A stretch of 63,324 bases of DNA from Octopus bimaculoides. Lineage: Eukaryota. The notes under the pieces were generated by a model. The model was not told where the DNA came from and searched no databases. It was given only the letters and a program-made list of their open reading frames with translations. Position 1 is the stretch's first letter; each line of letters opens with the position of its first letter. Where the stretch lies: NCBI RefSeq assembly GCF_001194135.2, contig NC_069004.1, forward strand, positions 17,137,711-17,201,034. Direction: 5' to 3'. Below, in pieces: positions 40,878 through 48,617 of this stretch. The position numbers and the translations under genes were made by a program.

Positions 40878-43800
40878 TATATATAAATATCCGAGTTTGT
40901 ATGATTGTGTATAGAATAATATATTAATCATTGAAATTCCAACTTAGTCTGATTTTCACGTTTTATTATTTAATAAAACATGAAAATCAGACTAAGTTAG
41001 AATTTCATTGATTAATATATATATATATGTACGATGGGCTTCTTTCAGTTTCCTATTTCTTTATTGCCCACAAGGGGCTAAACATAGAGGGGACAAACAA
41101 GGACAGACAAAGGGATTAAGTCGATTACATCAACTCCAGTGTGTAACTGGTACTTAATTTATCGACCCCGAAAGGATGAAAGGCAAAGTCGACCTCGGCG
41201 GAATTTGAACTCAGAACGTAACAGCAGACGAAATATCGCTAGGCATTTCGCCCGACGTGCTAATGTTTCTGCCAGCTCGCCACCTTCTTTCAGTTTCCGT
41301 CTAACAGATCCACTCACAAGGCTTTGGTCAGCCCACGACTATAATAGAAGACACTTGCCCCAGGTGAAACTGGAACCACACAGCCATGTCCATATATATT
41401 TTTTACAAAATGAAATAGGAAGTTCTGATGCTGATGTTGATATTAATTAAAGGCATAAGTAATGTAAAAGAAATAAAAAGTTAGATACAATAATACTTTG
41501 GCAAGTCTTAGTATTGATTTGAGTATTGTTTGCATATACTAGCTTCATTTTTCTCTAGTCTGTGTGTGTTGATAATGTTTGATATTGCTTCATTATTTTT
41601 AGGGAGGTAAAGAGTCGGTGCCAGAATCTAAAAGCAGCAAAGTCTGGAAGCCATGAAAATAATAAAAATACTTTCAGGTAAGAATTTCAAATTTTAGTGC
41701 TGGAATTATGTATATAAATCATATAAATATGTGAACTGACTCCAAACTGTCTATGATGTTTGATATAAACATGTGGACTAATACATTAATGTATGACAGA
41801 TCGTATAAACATGTTGCATTTCTGAAATATAAATTTAGACTGACATAATATAGCTGATATATCATATAAACATGTGTGGTAATGTAGTGTTGTGTTGCAT
41901 ATATCATAAAAACATGTGAACTGACATATAAACATGTGGGCTGATTTACAGAACAGTGTTTATGTCACCATACACAAAATTAATGGAACACTATCTGAAT
42001 TGTTTACTTTTTAACTTCCTGTTTTAAAGAAAGTCTGTATCATAGAATAAATTTGTTGTACGACACAAGCTTCCATCGAAATTTCATGTTAGTTTATGTT
42101 ACAAACACCTGATTAATAATGTCGATTATTTTAGTTAATTATTCAATATTTTAAAAAGTAATTGAAACAAAGGCAGTATATTTCAACAGAAATATGGTAA
42201 CAAAAGGATTAAGTTTAAAAATTAAAGTTTCTATTGGTTCCAATCCACTACTGTATACTCATCCAGAAAAAAAACACACACCTGATGACATTCATAGAAC
42301 AGACCAACTAAAGCATGATATCAGTATAAATATTCAAGCATTTTATATTGCTAAAGATGAGGTTAATAATCAGAAAAAATATTTTATTATTTTAACTCTT
42401 TGATAGGGAAATAGCTAAAACTAAAAATTGCCTAAAGATCCATAATGATTTTAGCATACATGTTTGTATGATTACAGCTTATATAGTAGTATGTCAGTCC
42501 ACATGCTGGAACATTTTATTTTGTTCCCCTGTAATAAAAGGTTTCCTGAATAAGACCTCTTCTTAAGAATTCATTATCATTCTTATATATTTTTTTCTAA
42601 ATTCACAGGCTGGTGCTTTAAACCAAAGTTTTACAGAATCTATATACTCATTCTTCACTTCAGCTTTATTATTATTCTTATTTTAGTGTCTTTTGTCTGT
42701 AATTTCCTATCCTGTTTAGTCCATGGACTAAACAGGACAGGAGACACATAGGATGGAGAGCCACCCAAGAGGTCACAGGATGGGTGATGAAAGATTTCAG
42801 ACAAAGTACACTAAAACACGAATAACAAGAGCACACAGAGAGTGCAAACCTCTGCCAAGGCAACACCAATGTCCTCTCAACAATTAGCCAGAAATGATTT
42901 TTAAAATGAGAATATCTAAAATCATCTCGACTGCTCTCACAAACGAGAATACTAAAAATGAACCTGACTGCTCTCAAAAATTAAGTAAAAAAACAGGAAA
43001 AATAATCCAGAATCCTTGTCCAGTGCCGGATCGATCGCAAAATCTGATCAGTTTGTACTAGTTCCATCCGAATCCATCCAGCGGTTCTTGTGATATCTTG
43101 TCCATGGACAAACAAACAAACGAACAAACACAACTGAAAACAATACCTTCACCTTAGTGAAGGCGAAGGTAATAATAAAGCTGAAGTGGTTAATCGGCAG
43201 AGAAAAAAGACCATCCTGAAATATAGCAATACTTGAAGACTGTCATGTATTTAATGAAAGAAAAGCTATTCCCCATGTATACAAGTATGTGTATGTGTGT
43301 GTGTGTGCATGCATGTATTACAGTTAAAAAGTAAACAGTTCAGATAGTGTTCCATTAATTTTGTGTATGGTGACATAAACACTGTTCTGTAAATCAGCCC
43401 ACATGTTTATATGTCAGTAACACTAGTGTGTCAGTTCACATGTTTTATGATATATGCTACATGACACTGCATTACCAAACGTGTTTATATGATATATCAG
43501 CTATACTGTGTTTAAATATTTATATATCAGAAACACAGCATGTTTAAATGGTGACAATGATATATATATATATATGTGTGTGTGTGAGAAAGTTGGTGTG
43601 TGAAAGCACGTGGTTGGATGCATAAAATTCAAAATCAAATCTGACTTTACTTGTACCTCAGAAAACCTTATTTATGTCATAAAATGCTCGGGCTGCCACA
43701 AAAACTACATAGGGTCCACAGGATTATCGCTCACACACGGATGCACTCTGCATCGACAGCAGATTGCATTCCCAGAATACAGAATGATACCCCTTAGTGA

Positions 43801-46800
43801 ACATATTGAAAAATGTGCAAAANNNNNNNNNNNNNNNNNNNNNNNNNNNNNNNNNNNNNNNNNNNNNNNNNNNNNNNNNNNNNNNNNNNNNNNNNNNNNN
43901 NNNNNNNNNNNNNNNNNNNNNNNNNNNNNNNNNNNNNNNNNNNNNNNNNNNNNNNNNNNNNNNNNNNNNNNNNNNNNNNNNNNNNNNNNNNNNNNNNNNN
44001 NNNNNNNNNNNNNNNNNNNNNNNNNNNNNNNNNNNNNNNNNNNNNNNNNNNNNNNNNNNNNNNNNNNNNNNNNNNNNNNNNNNNNNNNNNNNNNNNNNNN
44101 NNNNNNNNNNNNNNNNNNNNNNNNNNNNNNNNNNNNNNNNNNNNNNNNNNNNNNNNNNNNNNNNNNNNNNNNNNNNNNNNNNNNNNNNNNNNNNNNNNNN
44201 NNNNNNNNNNNNNNNNNNNNNNNNNNNNNNNNNNNNNNNNNNNNNNNNNNNNNNNNNNNNNNNNNNNNNNNNNNNNNNNNNNNNNNNNNNNNNNNNNNNN
44301 NNNNNNNNNNNNNNNNNNNNNNNNNNNNNNNNNNNNNNNNNNNNNNNNNNNNNNNNNNNNNNNNNNNNNNNNNNNNNNNNNNNNNNNNNNNNNNNNNNNN
44401 NNNNNNNNNNNNNNNNNNNNNNNNNNNNNNNNNNNNNNNNNNNNNNNNNNNNNNNNNNNNNNNNNNNNNNNNNNNNNNNNNNNNNNNNNNNNNNNNNAGT
44501 ATATATTTAAAACATTATGTTAGAAAAATGTTATAAAATTTTGAGTATAGAAACATTGTATTTGGAGAAAAAGCCAGTTTCATATTGACTTTCCTGCTAA
44601 TGGACTGATTATATCCACAAGGAAGTGGCTCAGTGGATGACATGTTGAACCTCTACAGCTCACTATAGCTCTTAATGGAATATCATCCTTGTGAATCTTA
44701 GGGAGACCGTACATGTGTGGTAGTTTACTGTAGTGTTGAGTCAGTTGTCTGTACTTCATTGGTGTGAAGTGATCCTTGTTCTTGATCAAGATCTGTGACA
44801 ACTTCCTCTCTATTTTCAAAGTTGGGTCTTTCTTTTCTTTGCTGTAGCTACCATCACTTATAAGACTTGCCAATTTTTCGGAGTAGTCAGACTTGTTCAT
44901 CACCACTGTAGCATTTCCCTTGTCCGCCAGAAGTATTACGATGGAATTGTCACTCTGTTGTCTTTTGATAGCGAACATTTCTTCCTTGGTGATGTTTGGT
45001 TTGGGAAGTTTCACTTTTTCTAGTACTTGTCTCACTTTCCACCTTAGTTCATCTCCCTGGGCTTTTGGTATCTTTATGGCCATCTCTTCAGTAGGGGCTA
45101 TTATGTCCAAGTATGAATGCGCTTGATGGTTGTTGCAAAGTTGAGACCTTTGTTCAGTACTGCTTCTTCAGAACTTTCTAGGTGTCAGCTACTTACATTA
45201 ATTACTGCTTCAAAGGTGGGTGACAGATTTCAGTCTTCATTCTCTGACTTTTGAGTTTCATAAACTTCTTAATCTGGCGTGTCTTCACCACTTGAAATTC
45301 TTTCATGTATGACTTTTCTAGAAGACTACTTTCTCTGTTAACCTTCCTGTAATACCACTGCACCTCTTATGTATCCATAACCTGCACTGGGTATACTCAT
45401 TGCTGACCCTCACCTTACTGACAGCATCCCTGTACATGGCTTGTACAACCCTCACCAACCACTCATCTACCCCTAGCTTCCATATTGCCCACCAGATAAG
45501 TCTCCATGTCAACAAAAGCCAAATACAGAGGTTTATTATTAGTTAGATGTTTCTCCTAAAGTTGCTTCACCAGGAAGATAGCATCAGTAGTGCTTCTTCC
45601 TGGCATAGAACCAAACTGCATCTCATCTAGATTAATTCTCTTCCTAATTAATTGAGCTATGACCCTTTCTGTAACTTTCATCACCTAGTCCAGCAATTTG
45701 ATACCTCTGTAATTATTTCTGACTAAGACGTCACCTTTACATTTGTAGCAGTTGACTATAATGCTGTTACATCAGTCGTTGAGAATGATTCCCTTCTGGT
45801 CAACCTGATTAATAGTACAGGTGACTAAGCCACGTCCTACTCTGCCAGATATTTTAAGCATCTCAGTAGTGATTCCTGATGAGCCAGGGACTTTCCTTAT
45901 CTTCATATTCTTAATCTACCAAGCTACTGTTGATCTGGATAGTTGATCCTTCTGTTGGGTCTACATTAAGCAGACACTCCTTCTCTCATGCATTCTCTAC
46001 ATTTAGCAGTGGCATTTCCAAGCCTCTTTCTTTGCAGAATCACGAACTGCAAGTGAACCATCATCCATGCACACACACACAGCAATCCAAAACACCTCAA
46101 ACCTCTCTGGTCCTTGTGCTACAGAACATTGGCAAACTTCTTCCTTTCTGCTTCTCCTGTGGCTAAGTATACCTGTCTCCTAGCTTCCCTTCTAGCTACC
46201 TGATTTAGTTTTCTGCTACCACCACCCTTCCAGCCCTGTTTCTTTGCTTTAATGGCATTGTCATCTACTCTGTTCCATCACCATGTCACCCTAGTCTGGT
46301 TGGGACTTTGCACCAGCCACAAATTTGGGTTGTGGCTCTCAGTAAGTTGTCTCTTAGGAACCTCCAGTTGTCTTCTGTGTTACATGTCTATAAATCCTCT
46401 TCCTTCTTGTGAAATGCTTCAATTAGGACATCTCCAAATCTCTGACTATTCAAAGAATCCTTAAGCTTCGAAATCCTTCTTTTCCAGACTGCTCTACTTG
46501 GAATCCTTTTAACCTGCAGTCTGAAATCACTATTGACTAACCTATGCTAAGAGGTACATTCTTTACTAGGAAAGGTCTGTGCATTTATGAGCAACCATGC
46601 ATCTCGCTTTCTGGTGAGAATGTGGTCAATCTGGCTAACATGGACACCAGATTGATAGGTTATCAGGTGACTGGCAGGCTTTCCAAATCTGGTGTTGAAG
46701 ATCATAAGGTTTTATTTTGTATCACAGAGCTCCAGTAGCCTTGTTCCCTCCTCATTGCTGGAACTAACTTCATGGCCACCATGCACAATGTGGAAGACAC

Positions 46801-46863
46801 CCAAGTGCTACTCAACATTTCCATTGAAGTCACCAATCATGTATACACACACACACACACACG

Positions 46864-46909
<46 letters not shown>

Positions 46910-47784
46910 AGAAACGTTAGCACGCCGGGCGAAATGCTTAACGGTATTTCGTCTGCCGCTACGTTCTGAGGTCGACTTTGCCTTTCNNNNNNNNNNAGTT
47001 CAAATTCCGCCGAGGTTTGACTTTGCCTTTCATCCTTTCGGGGTCGATTAAATAAGTACCAGTTACGCACTGGGGTCGGTATTATCGACTTAATCCGTTT
47101 GTCTGTCCTTGTTTGTCCCCTCTGTGTGTAGCCCCTTGTGGGTAGTAAAGAAATAACACACCACACATATTTACTTATGTATATTTATTTTTTTATTGTA
47201 GTTGGGGCTTAACAAGTTGTAGAAAACAGAAACTTTCAGAGGGATCTAGCACAATGGAAGCTACATCTCCCACCAGTCCTCCTCCTCCTCCAGTAATTAG
47301 TCCCTGGCAGATAAAGAAAAATCAAGTCAAACCTGATACTAATCTTCAACTGACTGACATTGTGAAAGACGAGCTAGAGAAATCACAGAACCTTTCCAGA
47401 ACCCGTAATAAAACCCTCCATTACATTCAGGTAAATATTTCTGTTACCTTTCATTTATTAATTTGGCCAAAGTCAGTTTCAAGTCTAAAGAATTGGTACA
47501 GCCATATTTGTAAAATAAAGAATTGTTTGTGTGCCATGAAGCACAACGAGCAAGGTTTCCTTCATATTTTTAGAAGTTGCTGCAAACAAAAGCTTGTGTT
47601 TTATCTTTTACTTGTTTCAGTCATTAGACTGTAGCCATGCTGGAGCACTACCTTGAAGAATTTTTAGTTGTACAAATTGATCTTAGTATTCTTATAAGCC
47701 TTGTACTTATTCTATCACTCTCTAAGTTACAGGGACATATACAAACCAACACTGATTGTCAAGCAGTGATTGGGGATAAACAAA

Positions 47785-47820
<36 letters not shown>

Positions 47821-48562
47821 TACAATAGGCTTCTTTCTGTTTCCGTCTATCAAATCCATTCACAAGGCTTTGGTTGGCCCAAGCTATAGTAGAAGACGCT
47901 TTCCCAAGGTACCATGCAGGGAAACTGAACCTGGAACCATGTACTTGGGAAACAAACTTCTTACCACACAGCCCCATGTAAATTATTTGACAAATGTTGA
48001 TGTGCACTGAAACATCATCATCATTTAATGTCTGCTTTTCCATTCTTGCATGGGAGTAAGACAGAATTTGTTGAGGCAGATTTTCTACAACCAGATGCCC
48101 TTCTTGTTGCTAACCTTCACCTGTTTCCAAGTAAGGTAATATTTCCCTGTGGCCAGACATGTTTTCTACAGAAGATTAGAAATGAACGTCAATTGTAGGA
48201 CAGTGACTGATCATTTATAATTATCACATGATGCCATGACAAGGGTACACACAAATAGAAACACATGCACAATGTGTATGTATTGCCCCGGGATTGGCTC
48301 TTGTGCGGGTGGTACAATAAAATACACCATTTTGAGCATGGTCGTTTGCCAGTACCGCCTGACTGGCCTTCGTGCGGGTGACACGTAAAAGCACCCACTA
48401 CACTCTCTGAGTGGTTGGCGTTAGGAAGGGCATCCAGCTGTAGAAACTCTGCCAAATCAGATTGGAGCCTGGTGTAGCCATCTGGTTTCACCAGTCCTCA
48501 GTCAAATCGTCCAACCCATGCTAGCATGGAAAGCGGACGTTAAACGATGATGATGATGATGA

Positions 48563-48617
<55 letters not shown>

